64,000 bases of DNA from Takakia lepidozioides. Taxonomy: Eukaryota; Plantae; Bryophyta. The stretch lies in the NCBI GenBank assembly GCA_030704615.1, contig CM060734.1:47678001-47742000 (forward strand), in the 5' to 3' direction. Numbering within the stretch: position 1 is the stretch's first letter; every line of letters begins with the position of its first letter. The translations under genes were made by a program, and so were the position numbers. Below, in pieces: positions 45,832 to 60,100 of the stretch. The notes beneath the pieces are model-generated. The model made no database searches. It was not told where the DNA came from and saw nothing but the letters and a program-made list of their open reading frames with translations.

Positions 45832-48800
45832 TGTTAGGTGCCTATGGAGCCCGGACTGGAACAGCGGATCAGCCCATCAGAGAAGAACGTAACCGCTGAA
45901 CCTTCGGGGCTGATCTTAAGGGACACCTGCAGGTGACAAGAACTGGGCAAGCTGGTGGTTTCAAGAAGCTAGGGATTTGTGAAGAAGGTGGCAGAGTGCG
46001 ACAAGAAAAAAGCATGGTTGCAGCGCGGGCTGATGGAGCAGGCCTGAATTGAGGAGAAGGACAGATGATTTGAAGAGAGGGCATGAGATCTGAATAGGAT
46101 GTGTGATATATGCATAGAGGAGATGAGAATATAGCATGGTGTGGCGGTTGGGTGGACCGGAGGAGTAATCCGGTCTGTGCAGTCAGGAATAGATAAGGTA
46201 GAGATGAGCGGTGGGCTTTCTTGCTGACTGAAATCAGCCTTCTCTACCTAGAGTGTACAAGCTGTGAATAGAGTTCTAGTCAGGTTTATACTGGGCTTGA
46301 ACTGACCGGAATCCCCCTGATAGTGAGCATAGGAGTGTCTTACACTGGCGTTGATTTTCCCTCATGAATATAATCAAGTGGACAGCTCCTTCCTTTGAGC
46401 TTTTGGAATGAGATCAACTGTATGTGACTTCATGTTATAGAACTGAGTATTGGTTGGGTGGAACTGGTGCTATTGTTGAGAACTGGGCAGAACGTGTAGA
46501 AGTGTTGCGGTTGAAAGAAAGACAGAGCGGTGATAAGTGGTATCAAAGCCCGGATCAGCGATCGGGGAGAGGCACAGATCGTGGAATTTTGAAATTTCCA
46601 GAAGTAAGGAAATCGGGTGAATGAGCCAGATCTCGTTCGGCTTTGTGAGCACACACCCTTGTGACGACGAGCAAGATAGTGAAATGGCAGGAGAGCGTGA
46701 GCGCTCCGATGCAGCCAGCCTACACCGAACTCCAGATCGTGAGCGTGGGAGTCAATTATTTTCCCAGCAGCAGATGGAGGCCCTAGGCGCTTTAATTTGA
46801 TCTGAGATGCAAAAATTGGCCCCTGCACAAACTCAAACTGAAAAGCGATCTCGGGAGTTAGCTGTGAGTGAGCCACGGAATGAGGATGAATCCCAGGCCA
46901 ATTCCCATGAGGCCAAGATGAAACGAAGCAAAGGACGTCACTAGGGAAATCAGAAGATTGGTGAAATTGCCAGAATTTTATGGTAAGCCATCTGTCAATC
47001 CTGAGGAAATATAGTCTTTCCTGGATACATTAGAAGAGTTCTTTGAGGACGATTATTCAGAGGAAGCCAAGATACAGACAGCTGCTCTGCAGCTCCGTGA
47101 TGCCGTCAAGCTATGGTGGTCGCGCCAGAAACAGGAACGCCGTGAACACAAGAAACCACCTGTGGATAGTTGGGCTATGTTTAAGACATTGTTCTTAGCC
47201 CACTACCTACCTGGCGACTAGCACACAAGATGAAAGTGGAACTGTTCAGGTTGAAACAGGAGACCTTGAGTGTTGATGAATTCAAAACTAGATTTGAAAC
47301 CCACGCAAGCTACTTTCCTTCCCTGAGTGAAGAAGACAGGGTTGATTTCTTTGTGGATGGCCTGAATGATTCCTTTAAATATAAAATCAAGGCCCACAAT
47401 CCTCGAACAGAAGCAGAGGCCTATCGCTTGGTTTGTAACTTTGAAAGTAAGACCAAGGCATAGAGGATTGTGACTCAGGCTCGTGAATTTAAGCCAGATG
47501 CAGTGCCATCTTGGCAACCAACTAAGAAAAAAGGGAACTGGAAAATGTTCAAGCCTTATAACAAGAGACAAGATGGCTCAAATAGTCGAAGGCCAGCGCA
47601 GGTAGAAGCCCCTGCACGGCTCAGTGCCAAGGAACAGAAAGAGCACAGGCGCAAATGATTGTGTTTTATCTGCCATGAGTGGGGTCACAGGGCTAGAGAA
47701 TGTCCTAAGCGTCAGGCTCGGCAGGCAGCCACAGTGACAGTTCAGAAACCAGCCGAACCTTTGACCATAACTGAAGTGACCGATGAGGGGCCAAGTCAGG
47801 AAAAAAGAAAAAGAACTCATATTCGGGTTTCAACAGCAGTTGTTGAGGATCGGGTGGCCTACAATACTAATGTCATTCGGGTTTATGGTAAGGTAGCTGT
47901 TGATAGACACTGGAAGCACTCACAATTTGTTGTCCAAGAACTTTGCTGACAACCTGAACCTGACTCAAGAGGATGTGCAGCCTTCCCACATTCTGCTACC
48001 CAACGGCTGTGTGGAGGTTACGCATAGACGTCTGTGTACACACAACAGCAGATTTCGAGGTTTGGGATGGAGCTCGGTACGACTGCATCCTCGGTATGCA
48101 GTGTGTGGATCCAGTGGATGCGGTGGTAGCCTGCAAGCTCGGAACGGTCAGTGGGACTTTGCCAAATGGAGAGGCATTCAATCTTAAAGGTACCAGGGCC
48201 CTTCCTAATGTCCCAGTCTTGTCAGCCTTGCAGATAAAGAGGTACATTCGTAAAGGGCACGCGCAGCTTTTTGCCGTTAGCATGCATGAACCATCAGGAA
48301 TAGAGTATGTGAAAAATTCACATCCTAGACTTGATGTACTACTGCATGAATATGTTGATGTGTTTCCTGATGAACTTCCTGAAATGCCCCCTGAGCGAGA
48401 GGTTGATCATGCTATTGAACTAGTGATGGATGTTGTACCGGTTGCAAAGGCACCATACAGACATTCAATTGCAGAGAATGAGGAATTAGAAAGACAATTG
48501 AATGATTTGCTTGAGAAAGGGTACATTCGCCCAAGTAAATCACCATGGGGTGCTCCAGTGATGTTCAAGAAAAAGAAAGATAGGAGTCTGAGGTTGTGTG
48601 TTGATTATAGGTGGTTGAATAAGTTCACCATCAAGAATCAGTTTCATCTGCCTCGTGTAGACGACTTGTTTGACCATATGTATGGGAGTCAAGTTTTTTC
48701 AAAGCTTGATCTCCGATCTGGATATCACCAGATACGAATCAAGGATTCTGACATACCGAAGACTGGATTTCGATCTCGCTTTGGTCATTACGAATTCTTG

Positions 48801-51800
48801 GTGATGCCATTTGGGCTCACGAATGCTCCAGCAACATTCACGCATCTAATGAATTCCCTGTTTCAAAAGTATTTAGGAAAGATGGTCTTGGTCTACATGG
48901 ATGACATACTGATATACTCGAAGACCGAAGAAGAGCATGACCTACATTTACGTGTGGTCTTAGACATACTGAGAGAGAACCATTTGTTAGCTAAGAGAAG
49001 CAAGTGTGAGTTCTTTGTGGACCACATGGATTACTTGGGATTTTGCATCTCCAAAGATAGAATCTCGATTGATCCCAAGAAAGTCCAGACAGTGGCTGAG
49101 TGGCCTAGGCCAAGTGATAAGACAGAGGTCAGGAGCTTTATTGGATTTGCCAACTTCATGCGGAAGTTTGTCAAGTCTTTTTCACAGATTGCAGCTCCGT
49201 TGACTGACTTATCTAAGGACTCAAGTCCTGTAAGTTTGAGAGATGTCAGGACAGGAGAATGTGATTACAGTTTTGAAAAATTGAAATTTGCTTTGACACA
49301 CGCTCCTGTACTGAAATTGCTTGACCCTACCAAGGGAGCAATTGTACTCTGTATTGATGCTTGTTATCGGGGCTATGTAGATGCAAGATGGGCATGTAAT
49401 TGCATATGAATCTCGAAAGGTCAGTCCAGCAGAGAAGAATTACCCGACTCATGAGAAGGAACTGTTGGCAATAGTTCATGCCTTAAAGATATGGAGGCAT
49501 TATCTACTTCCAGTTGATTTTGTAATAGAGACCGACCATCAGAGTTTGAAGTACTTGACCACGCAGCCTCATTTGAGCCAGAGACAGATTCGGTGGTCAG
49601 AACTGTTTCAACTGCATGTTTCATTATGACCTGAAGTATGTCAAGGGAAGAGAGAACGTGATTGCGGATGCACTTTCTAGGAGACCATTACAAGCTAATG
49701 TTGTCTCGTGCATCAGAAGCACTATATTCCAGGACATTAAAGGTCGGTATGAAATTGATGGATTCTTCAAAGAACCATTTAAGAGTTTGTCTCGTGACCA
49801 GAGGACTTCCATTGAGAAGGAGAAATATCGGCCGTACCTCTTGAGAGATGAAATGTTATTCTATAATGGTCAGCTGTGTGTTCCCATGATCCCGGACCTG
49901 AGATTGCAAATCATTCATAATAGTCATAATGTTCCAATCTCCGGACACCCGGGCTTTCAGAGGACCTATTGGTCAATACGGAAGCACTACTTTTGGCCGG
50001 GTATGAAGAGAGAAATCAAAGAGTATGTGCAGAAATGTTTCCCCTGTCAGGTTTCAAAGTCAGTAAAAGTCAGACCTCCTGGATTATTACAACCTTTATC
50101 TATTCCTGGATGGAATTGGGAATCCATTAGCATGGATTTCATTGTGGCTTTGCCCAGGACCAGAAATGGCCATGACAGTATCATGGTGGTTGTAGATAGG
50201 CTGTCTAAGATGACCCATTTGATACCTACAAAGATGAGTGCTACGGCATCAGATGTTGCATCCCTATACATGAAAGAAATATTCAGGATTCATGGTCTGC
50301 CTCGTGAGATTTTATGTGACAGGGATTCAAAGTTTACAAGTCAATTTTGGACTGACTTGTTCAAGAAATTGGGAACCAATGTGAGACTAAGTACAGTCTT
50401 TCACCCAGAAACAGATGCTCAGACAGAAAGAACCAACCGTACAATTAAGGATATGTTGAGAATGTACGTTGGTGAGAGACAATCCTCTTGGGAACGGTCT
50501 CTATACTTAGTGGAATTTGCCTATAACAAACATTTCCACAGTGCCATTGGCATGAGTCCATTCGAAGCTTTATACGGACAAGATTGCTTAGCTCATGCTT
50601 CGCTTATTGCACCACCATCAAATGTGCAGAGTGTGAATGACCGAATCAGAGAGATCCACTCTGTCCTAGATCTGGTGAAGCGTAGTATGCAGGCTGCACA
50701 AGAACGGGCCAAGTTCTTTGCTGACAAGCACAGGACTTTTCGTGAATTTACTGTTGATGATATGGTGTTCTTAAAGGTTACACCTAAGAGAAGCAATCTA
50801 ACACTTGGCAAGTGTTACAAGCTATCACCAAGGTTTTGTGGCCCATTCAAGGTTCTAAAACGCCATGGCACAGTGGCCTATGAGTTAGATTTGCCTCCAA
50901 CATGGAAGATTCATAAAACTTTCCATGTCAGCCATCTCCGGAAGTATATGTCAAACCCATCGCACATCTTGCCCACATTTCCTCAACCTATGGACGATGG
51001 TCAGCTGATAGCTGAACCCCAAAAGATTCTAGAAACGCGAGTGAAGCACCTGCGCGACCGTTCTTGGAAAGAACATTTAATTAAGTGGTTGCATTACCCA
51101 GAGACAGAGGCTACTTGGGAAAAAGAGAATGAACTAACATTGAATTACTCCTCATTTTCTGTCATTGAGGACAATGACCTGCCTTTGGGAGGGGGAGCTT
51201 TGTTAGGTGCCTATATATGGAGCCCGGACTGGATCAGCCCATCAGAGAAGAACGTAACCGCTGAACCTTCGGGGCTGATCTTTACGGACACCTACAGGTG
51301 ACAAGAATTGGGCAAGCCGTTTTTTCAAGAAGCTAGGGATTTGTGAAGAAGGTGGCAGAGTGCGACAAGAAAAAAGCATGGTTGTAGCGCGGGCTGATGG
51401 AGCAGGCCTGAATTGAGGAGAAGGACAGATGATTTGAAGAGAGGGCCTGAGATCTGAATAGGATGTGTGATATATGCATAGAGGAGATGAGAATATAGCA
51501 TGGTGTGGCGGTTGGGTGGACCGGAGGAGTAATCCGGTACTGTGCTGTCAGGAATAGATAAGGTAGAGATGAGCGGTGGGCTTTCTTGCTGACTGAAATC
51601 AGAACGTGATGCCTTCTCTACCTAGAGTGTACAAGCTGTGAATAGAGTTCTAGTCAAGTTTATACTGGGCTTGAACTGACCGGAATCCCCGTGATAGTGA
51701 GCAGAGGAGTGTCTTACACTGGCGTTGATTTTCCCTGTTGAATATAATCAAGTGGACAGCTCCTTCCTTTGAGCTTTTGGAATGAGATCAACTGTATGTG

Positions 51801-51909
51801 ACTTCATGTTATAGAACTGAGTACTGGTTGGATGGAACTGGTGCTATTGTTGAGAACTGGGCAGAACGTGTAGAAGTGCTACGGTTGAAAGAAAGACAGA
51901 GAAGTGATA
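45832..51909 (+). mobile_element. Full-length Ty3/Gypsy chromoviral LTR retrotransposon (coding region decayed)
   Basis: LTRs 45832-46535 and 51201-51909, TSD TGCGG on both sides, PBS TGGTATCAAAGC (tRNA-iMet type) at 46538, PPT at ~51187-51198. Confidence 0.97.
46950..51180 (+). pseudogene. gag-pol of the Gypsy element (Gag, CCHC, protease, RT, RNase H, integrase, chromodomain)
   Basis: [71 protein letters not shown] and LIKWLHYPETEATWE. Stops and frameshifts throughout. Confidence 0.93.
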
Positions 51910-54276
51910 TGCGGCCATGTTGAGGGAAGCCTCCAAGTAGTCATCCGCAACGGACAAACTGAAGTAGATGCGCCTGCATCCCTGCACAGCTGATCTGTGC
52001 GCGTCATCAAGATTAATGAAGTCAGCTACAACAACCTCAGATGGTTGGAGGCGATTTTATACAGACAAGTTTGCAGTGTGCTACCGTCCTCTTCCCGGGA
52101 AGGAGCCACCTCGAAACTGTAAAGGAAGCTACTGCAAGCCATATTTTTGTTGGCGAAGGGCTCGAATTCGAACTAGAGTATAATTGACCCAGTATAAGAA
52201 GTATAAAAAGGAAGTGACCAGAATGGGGTGACATGGGATGGGATGACATGGAACGGATGACACAGCAATCCAACAAGAAATGAACGTTGTATCTCGTAGC
52301 TACTTTCATTGCCTTGCCAGCATACCACTTGTTGCCACACAATAATCAGCAGCATTCTACAATGTTTAATAGTGAGTCTCGGGTAAGAGGGGTGGGGAGG
52401 ATTTGTTAAGGGCCCTGTGGAGGAGCCGATGTTGCTGGATACTGCTAATTATTCCCATGATTGCCCTTCTTATATTCATGCCCAAATTATGTTAATCACT
52501 TTACAACCAATTACGTGGTGGTATCCCACTATTAGCCTTCACGGCCCGTGTGGTTAATTTTTCCACTTCCTTGTATCTTCAAACCATCCATTAATAAAAT
52601 TCCAGGGCCACTGTCCCCTATTCTGTAAATAATAATAATAATAAAACCGATTAGTAATTTATACAACAAGGTAGGGCTTGCATGAATTCCATTCATTTAT
52701 AAGATGCAAAACTTAAGACTCAATTGCCGCCCCATTCCTTATTAAGAAATAAATAAAAGAAGAAGAAGACTAAGTGACTCCGGATATTGAGAGAATCTAA
52801 TAAAATGTGCCATTCAATGCCCTCTCAATTTAGATTAATAATGTCTCACAGGGATATGTGGCTCGTAGTGAAAGCAAAATACACAAAGACAAACACAATA
52901 AAACTTGGCGGTAGAACTAATTTGCAGTTGGATGTTTATAACGGTTTAGCTCAACATTTTTTGTGGCTTGAATATGTATGTCTCTCCTAAACTATGCTCC
53001 ATGAATTGTTCTCAATGTAATGTTGTTTGAGAATATTTGCTTATTTTTAAACTTGAGAACTTGGAACTATAAGTGAATGGTTGCTTCGATCAATTACCAC
53101 AATTGGTATTTTAAGAACTGTTTTTTCATTTTTTTTTCACTCATCTTCAAAGCTAGCCAGATGTCTAGGAAAAGCCATTCAATATTATACTTTGAATGAC
53201 AACCAATTTTATTTTATTTTTTAAGTAAATGAGGGACGGAGGCCTCACAACTTTATATATAAGGACATAGAACGTCCAAGAAGTACAAGAGGAAAAAATA
53301 ACCTCTACCGTGGGTGCCATGAAGGCTGAACTAGGAAGACGATGCTTCGTGACCAGATTGAAGAGAAGGGGGAGAAGAGAGGTCATAGATCAAGGATAAT
53401 CTAGAGACCAGGAGCCATAAACCAGGATGATTAGAGCCTAACAGCAGTGCCCCCAAACATCGACCAAATTATTCTAGCTGCAACATAATTATGAATGATA
53501 TACTAAATTTTGTTCAATGTTAGAAACTAAGAGGTGTGTCAAGATCTAGCAATTCAAGCATTTTAATTAAAAACGTTTCCAAGCATCCAAGCCCTATGAT
53601 AACAAAGAGTGGCAAAGTCCATGTGAGTTATGAGCATTGTGGGTATCATGTTCTATAGGAGCGCTATGGTGGCCAACTGCAACGCCTTTCCATTATTTCT
53701 TGTACATTCACAATCAAAGCAAGAGCAATTGTGTAGGGTAAAGCCTCAACACGAGCATCTTATCACTGAAACGTTTGTTGTCTTTCGAGAATTTCTTGAG
53801 TGCATCATGGTGCTTTCCAGTTGCATAATTGAACACTTTCAGTCAATAGAAACACTTATTAGGATGAGAATTATAATAAATAATAAAAACTCATAGGTAT
53901 AGAATTACAAAATGATTAAGAATATCAATAAGTGATTGACTCATCACTAGTGGACTGAAAAATTGTCAAATGTAGCACTACATGAAGTAAGTGAGTACCA
54001 GTGTTGGGCGGTTCTTGCATTTGTGAAGGAACCTTCGGTTTTGTTCCACAGTTATTTCAAGAGACGGTTCCGGATCCAACTTTTAAACATGGGGGCGGTT
54101 CCGGTTACCAGTTAGTTGAATGAACCCAAGACTCTCAAGGATTGAACCCACATTTGCACAAGGCTGCGAGAACCTTTGAGCTCATGTGAGTTGTTATTGA
54201 CCTCCCAGATGCAAATAAAATTTTCTTCTTATGAATTAAACTTCATAGAGCATGCTTCAAATTAATCCCTTCCAAA

Positions 54277-56930
54277 TCAATCCCGCTTGAGCTCCATAAT
54301 TTCTCTATGAGTTCCATCTTTGTTCACCACCACAATTTCCACACCATCACCCTGTATATGACACAAAAACGGCAATCAACAACAGCTCTAACAAAATACC
54401 ATATCAACTATTGCTTAGCTAAAAAGGTAACATTTCATTCTTTTCACCATCACTTACCGTGTAGATGTCGCGCTCTGCAGCTGAGGCAAAAGTGTCCCTG
54501 ATCAGGTCCACTGCCTCTACTTCTGTCAAGGACGTCAATGATTGCTGCCATCAAAAAGAAAGATGGCCATATGTCTTTAGTAAATTCACAATCACATGAA
54601 AAGACATGCACACCCACTCCTACAACATACACCTCTATCCTTTGATTTACACTCCACCCTATCGATGCAGTAACAGTCAGCTATAACCCAACTGTTGCAT
54701 GGCAAAAAGCCAGAAAAAACACATAACAACAATAACTTGCAAAGTTACTTAATTGGACTTTGAAACAGATAACATCAATACCTACCATGTGCATGAAGAG
54801 ACCCTCGGATATATTCTAACAAGTGAAATACATGATTAATTCAAGGCATACCCTTTGTGGCAGGAGAAGAGGGCTGGCAGACTTAAGTTGATTATCAAGG
54901 ACTGGCATAATGAGCTGCATGCCTGTACCCTGAGAGCTGTAGCTAGCTCGCTCAAATGAGCCCACTGCATCATAGGTGTACACACACCCTTTCCCTGCTT
55001 ACCCACAACAAACTTTTCTCAGCTGCAATCAGAAACAGGCTTCATACCCAACTATTATATGATTTTCTTGTTGTACACTGCGAGGAAAATTTCCACGTCG
55101 GTACTTTCCAGCCTAAAAAATCAGTTTCAAGCAGAAAATCCATAGCTCTCTGACAAAAGATCTGGCTTAAACCGTGAATGTTTCAGGCCTTTGTCGAAAC
55201 CAAATTTTGCTCATCAAACATGTGAGTCAATTGTATCATCATTTGCAAAAACATGAAAGTCACATTTCCTTGTCTGTCCTATGGCAATGCCTCATCAGGG
55301 TGAGAATTTTAAAAACATTTAGGGAGACAAAGAGGGTGTAGCATGTGCACCTTCGCTATCCAAGCCACCAAGCACATTAAATGCATAATAGGGAAAGAAG
55401 CGCTTGTAGTATAAGGTGTTGGATAGCATTTGTGCCATTGCTGGGCAGCTCATTTGCTTGCTATGTTGGTGTTGGTAGATCTGTACTCATGCAGTAAGAG
55501 CAATGCTCAGTTCTCTATGTCTCCATCCAAGCCATTTCCATCTGATCTTTTCAAGGGAAGACATCCTTAGGCATGTGCTACTCACCTGCAACAATCAACT
55601 CATGTTATCTGATGCGCCATATCTACAGTTTTCAATTAAAGCAACCATGCCTACCTGATGGCGTGCGTCCAGACTCTTTTGAAGAGCTCGAATGTCAGCT
55701 TGGAATCCTGATGAGGCCAATACTAATTTATGGGATCTGCGGCACCAGTTCAATGTCGTTGAACAAATGCTTCTAAAAAGTCATCTAGACAATCTAGAAC
55801 AAATTATGTCACAGTTTCCTTTGCAATCCTAACTATACAAAGAGCTGAGTGCGTATAGGTTGCCTCAATGAAAATGGGATCAACAATTAGTGGACCTCTG
55901 CATGCCAATACACAATGCACAAATCTCTAGTTCAGCAAAGGGAAGTCTTCCCATTACAGGTTGTGACTGCACTATGGTAAGCGCCTACTGTTGATGAGAA
56001 TATATCATTATGAGTACAAGATATCTCCATACTCACAAGTAAAGGTAGCCGAAAAAGAGGTATTGACTACATCGGATCTAAGGTCAAACGGATTTACAAT
56101 TGATGCAAAGAACTAATATTGTTTAGATAAGCCATCAAGATAGTGATGATTGGAGCTGATCAATGTTACAGCTGAAAAACGAGTAGTTAAGATATAACCT
56201 GGAGTGTGGGAAGGTGCACAAAGCCCCAAATGGACATCTAGGGAGAAGAAAACGCATAGAAAGAAATACTCACAATGGAAAGATTTTAGAACAATCTCGA
56301 GTAAGGATGCTAAACCCAGTGGACATTCTTGTGTCTGCAGCTACTACACAGTAATCTTCGCCAGCTATGGCCACACACGTTCTGGATCCAAGACCAATAT
56401 GCAATGGTTTCCCCCCATAAGCGGAAACATAAACCGCCCCCCACTCATTATACCTATATCAGACCCGACTAACATCATGCCTAGTATCAACTTCCCCAAA
56501 TTTCCCCTCTCAATCAGAAATACCTTGAGGCAATAGTATTCTTATGATTGTGGTGACTGGTTATAGGAGACACCCCTATTCTTTTCATTATCTGTTTTTT
56601 TATTATTATTTTAATTTTTTTGTCTTATAACATCTTTGAGCTTTCCTCGCAGTTATTCAGTTTCTTTCTTTCTTTCTTTCATCCTTTTAGTTTCGCTCAA
56701 ACCCCATGTACATTACCTCCTCTTCCTCTCTCTGCCACGGGCGTAAATACAGACATTATTGTTGCATACACAAGACATATATTACACTTTCTTGCACCAT
56801 TGCACATAAGTTAGTAAGCAAAATCAAGGCACTGTACGTACCCGCCATTATTATCATAGGGACTCCAAGTAGGGGACGCCTGAGCTCTGGGCAAAGTCTC
56901 CGCTATGGTGGGGGCAAACACCATCGACAT
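54277..56930 (-). CDS. PBF1: 20S proteasome subunit beta type-1 (beta6), seven exons, 237 aa
   Basis: Exons 56930-56842, 56381-56274, 55736-55655, 55480-55351, 54994-54852, 54544-54458 and 54351-54277 join in frame: [16 protein letters not shown]...[16 protein letters not shown]...ERDIYTGD...ELKRD*. Confidence 0.95.
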
Positions 56931-57189
56931 GGAAGCTTTCTGTACCGCAAAGACGGGGTTTTGTCCACAAGGAAGGGAGGCAAACCTTATACAAGACCAT
57001 ACAGGAAGAAACCCAATGTACATAAAATGTAAAAGTCCACAAGTAATCACAACCCAATATGCACAAAGTTAAATCAGATTTGAAACAAAAACTAGAGACA
57101 GAAATTAACGGGAATCCACGGGATTGGGACCCAAGCAAAGAGAGACCAAATACAGAAAGAACGGTTCCTAACAGGCGGGAAGGAAACGG

Positions 57190-60100
57190 TTACAAGTTAA
57201 TCATGCAGTGGATGGGGGTGGGATTGTACAATCCAAGAAATACATCCAACATGTTTTTCACCATCTCATTTGAGCACTGAATAAGCAATCATCATTCATG
57301 TAAAGTTACTAGCTTCAAAGGGTCTGGTGGCTAGGTATCCACCTGGTAGTAAGTGATTTTGTATGTGTGTTCTCCTTCCTTGCATCATGTTGCAAGCTCA
57401 AGATTGTTGAGGTAAGTTCGATGAAAATGAATGAGATCACTCCGCAACCTTGCCCTATCAGATTCCAACAGATGCAAAATCTAATGGCCATCTCCTGCCA
57501 TGCACCAGATTATAATTGACCAGTGGTGTCATCTAAAGGTAAGGGCCCACACACATTCCGATGATTGAGAACATAATGCATAATGCAAAACTTTGATCTA
57601 AAAACCTTTCCCATAAAAAAAAGATTGAATAGATGGAACGTCATTCCTCACAACCATTTATATTTCTAGCTCCAAGCTCTCAAGTTTACATCAATTACAG
57701 ACATTTTAAACAACATTGATACCACTTGTAATCTTATGAAAGATCAAGCCACGATTTTTAACTGGATTGATCGTAAAAGTTGTAACCACATCGAAACAAT
57801 CTGTGAGTAGACTTCGCTTGCACTACATACCATGGGCCGTGCACGTAAACTGTATGGAGCCAAATGAATGATATGAGCATTATTGCTTTCAACACAATGC
57901 AATCCAAGATGTGAGTATTGCAAATTAAAAAGATGATCTTTTGATTCTTATCTCGATAGATGTGTTGGCAGGTGAGCGATTAATGTTCACACTTCACCAA
58001 CAGCCTAGAGTCAATATGACAATGGACCGTCTGTCATTCAGGTAGCTCGACATCTAATATTTACCCATCGCAAATTTGTATAAGCATGTCATTATTTAGC
58101 ACAAGAATCGCACAACCAATTTCTTAAGACGTGAAGAGCTATAGTCCGAGATTACAAAGAGGTAGTAAGATCCCAGCTAGCTTGCAGTTTCCAGCTGGAA
58201 ATACTCACGTTTTTAGTTTGTGAAGTTTTATTCATAGATTCAATTTATGAGAAGCTAGATTCGACCTTGGAGAAGGACTCGCTCTGTCACGATACTAAGT
58301 AAAGAAAAGTGGATGCACCGTTGGGATCGTTAGTTGGCTACCTAATATTAGCACTTGGATTTGTCTCATGTTAATAGTAACACAATCACATGGAGCTGTC
58401 ATGATGTGTGAAGGGGAGGTGCTAAGTTATAATCGATGGAACCAGTGAGAACAAGCTGTCACTTAGTTGTTTAGCTTAGTTATTTGTGAAAGCTTGAGGA
58501 GCACAAATTGTTGATGAACAAGCATTTCTATATCAAACATATACACAAAATACAACAAAGTGTTTGGTATTCTATAATTTTTGAGATGCTCCAAGGCAGT
58601 TTATTGAAATGAATGCTTTTGAAGTTTTGCAATTGTTACCATCGGTGCAAATTCTACTGAATTTGGAACAATCATCAATGAAAGCTCCAAATTATCTGAT
58701 CCATCTATCAATTGGATAATCTGGCGGTAGAGAACAATTCTTACAAAGCTAAATCTATAGGTAGCCTCTATAACTTTCAAACCAATATGGATGCATACTT
58801 TTTCAAACAACCAACTCATGTTTGCTTTAAGGAAATTACTTTCTTTAATCTTCTCAATGCATGTAAAGTGTATTCAGTGGATCAAGAGAGTATTGTTGGG
58901 CCACTACCCAAAATTGCAGAATAAGAAGTCCAACGAAAGTTGCAAAGCAACAATTTGATATATTGCATAAATTTATCAACAGCTGTGAAAAACGTTGTCC
59001 ACTCATAGTTCAATGACTATATTTCGTATATCTGATCATTGTGTTCTGTGTTAGAATGTATAGCACATCTGTTTATAAACTTTAGTAACTATGCATCTTT
59101 GGTGGTGCGCTCTGAGAAATTGAAACAAAACATCATCAATGATGGGAGAAGATGATTAAATCATATCAATCTACATTCCACCCAATATCAACTCCACTTC
59201 ATCATAGGATATTTCCTCCATTGTATTTCCTCCTAATAGACGAGCAGGAAGGAGAAAGAAGATAAAAGAGATCGCAAGAAGGAGATAATTAAATTAGATT
59301 AGGAGACCGTTTCTAAGTCCCCGGTGGATAAGCCACAAACTTATATCCCAAGTTCGGATGGTGCAGAATTGACATGATCGGTGGATTGTTGAGGACCGAG
59401 CAAGTGGAGGCGGTCCCGAAGAAATCTACTAAAGCACAACATGTCGAGCTGTTGAGAGACTAGACGCTTCAAAATGAGGCCTGCAAGGATCTAGAGCGCT
59501 ATGATTCAAGTATGCTCGTGGTGGGCCGCAGGAGGAGAGGGGGTGAATAAAGTCCGAAACAGATGAAGCCCCATTGCAGCAAGACGCTTCTCGATTTGTT
59601 CAACTTGTTCTATTGGAAGGGTACCGAGTCGAAACATGTCCTACGGTATACAAATTGAAAGAAGTTTTGCTTCTAGAGCTTCTGAAGCAACAATATTTGC
59701 TGAGGCTCAATACATTATATAGATCTATCAATAGCTGAGAAAAATGTTGTCCACTGATCCGTTGACTATGTTTAGTATTTCTGGTCACTATATTCTATGT
59801 TAGAATGCATGGCACATCCGCTTACAAATGTGCATCTTTGGTTGTGCGTTCTGAGAAATTGAAACAAAGCTTCATCAATGATGTGGACAAGATGATGTGA
59901 TCAAGTCAATCGACATTCATATGATAAAACATCTCTCAAGCACATTGTTTGAGAAATGTTTGAAAAGACATCCTGCTTCTCACTCATCAATTCTTCACAT
60001 GAATTATTGCAAAATAAGATTGAATCAGGGGTATAATCGTCAGCATCTACTCCCACAATCACAAACTTGCAAATCTTTCACTAGTAAATTGTCAGGCAAG
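57190..60100 (+). pseudogene. Heavily decayed NB-ARC-LRR-like region (tentative)
   Basis: GMGVG P-loop-like remnant at ~57208, LALHTMGRA (GLPL-like) at ~57817 and LRR-like remnants downstream. Internal direct repeat ~58975-59180 / ~59727-59920. Confidence 0.35.

Larger units (their letters stand above)
45212..52040 (-). pseudogene. NmrA-like NAD(P)H-binding protein of bacterial type, split by the LTR element (pieces 52040-51910 and 45826-45212)
   Basis: EVVVADF...QGCRRIYFSLSV..DYLEASLNMAA | VAKHYGVEVFVNMSQ...HWLVEQVLGRSGLPVVTLRATVFLE...IRLPF..GKLSPIAANDLARV...HVGRVYEL...YVDVP. One in-frame TAA and frameshifts; the Rossmann N-terminus was not found. Confidence 0.8.

Noticed and set aside
53205-53462. 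Poly(T)-headed segments here and at ~35490, ~35715 and ~42150 as novel elements
   Set aside because: They look like ordinary short L1 3'-end remnants, and their boundaries are too uncertain to annotate.
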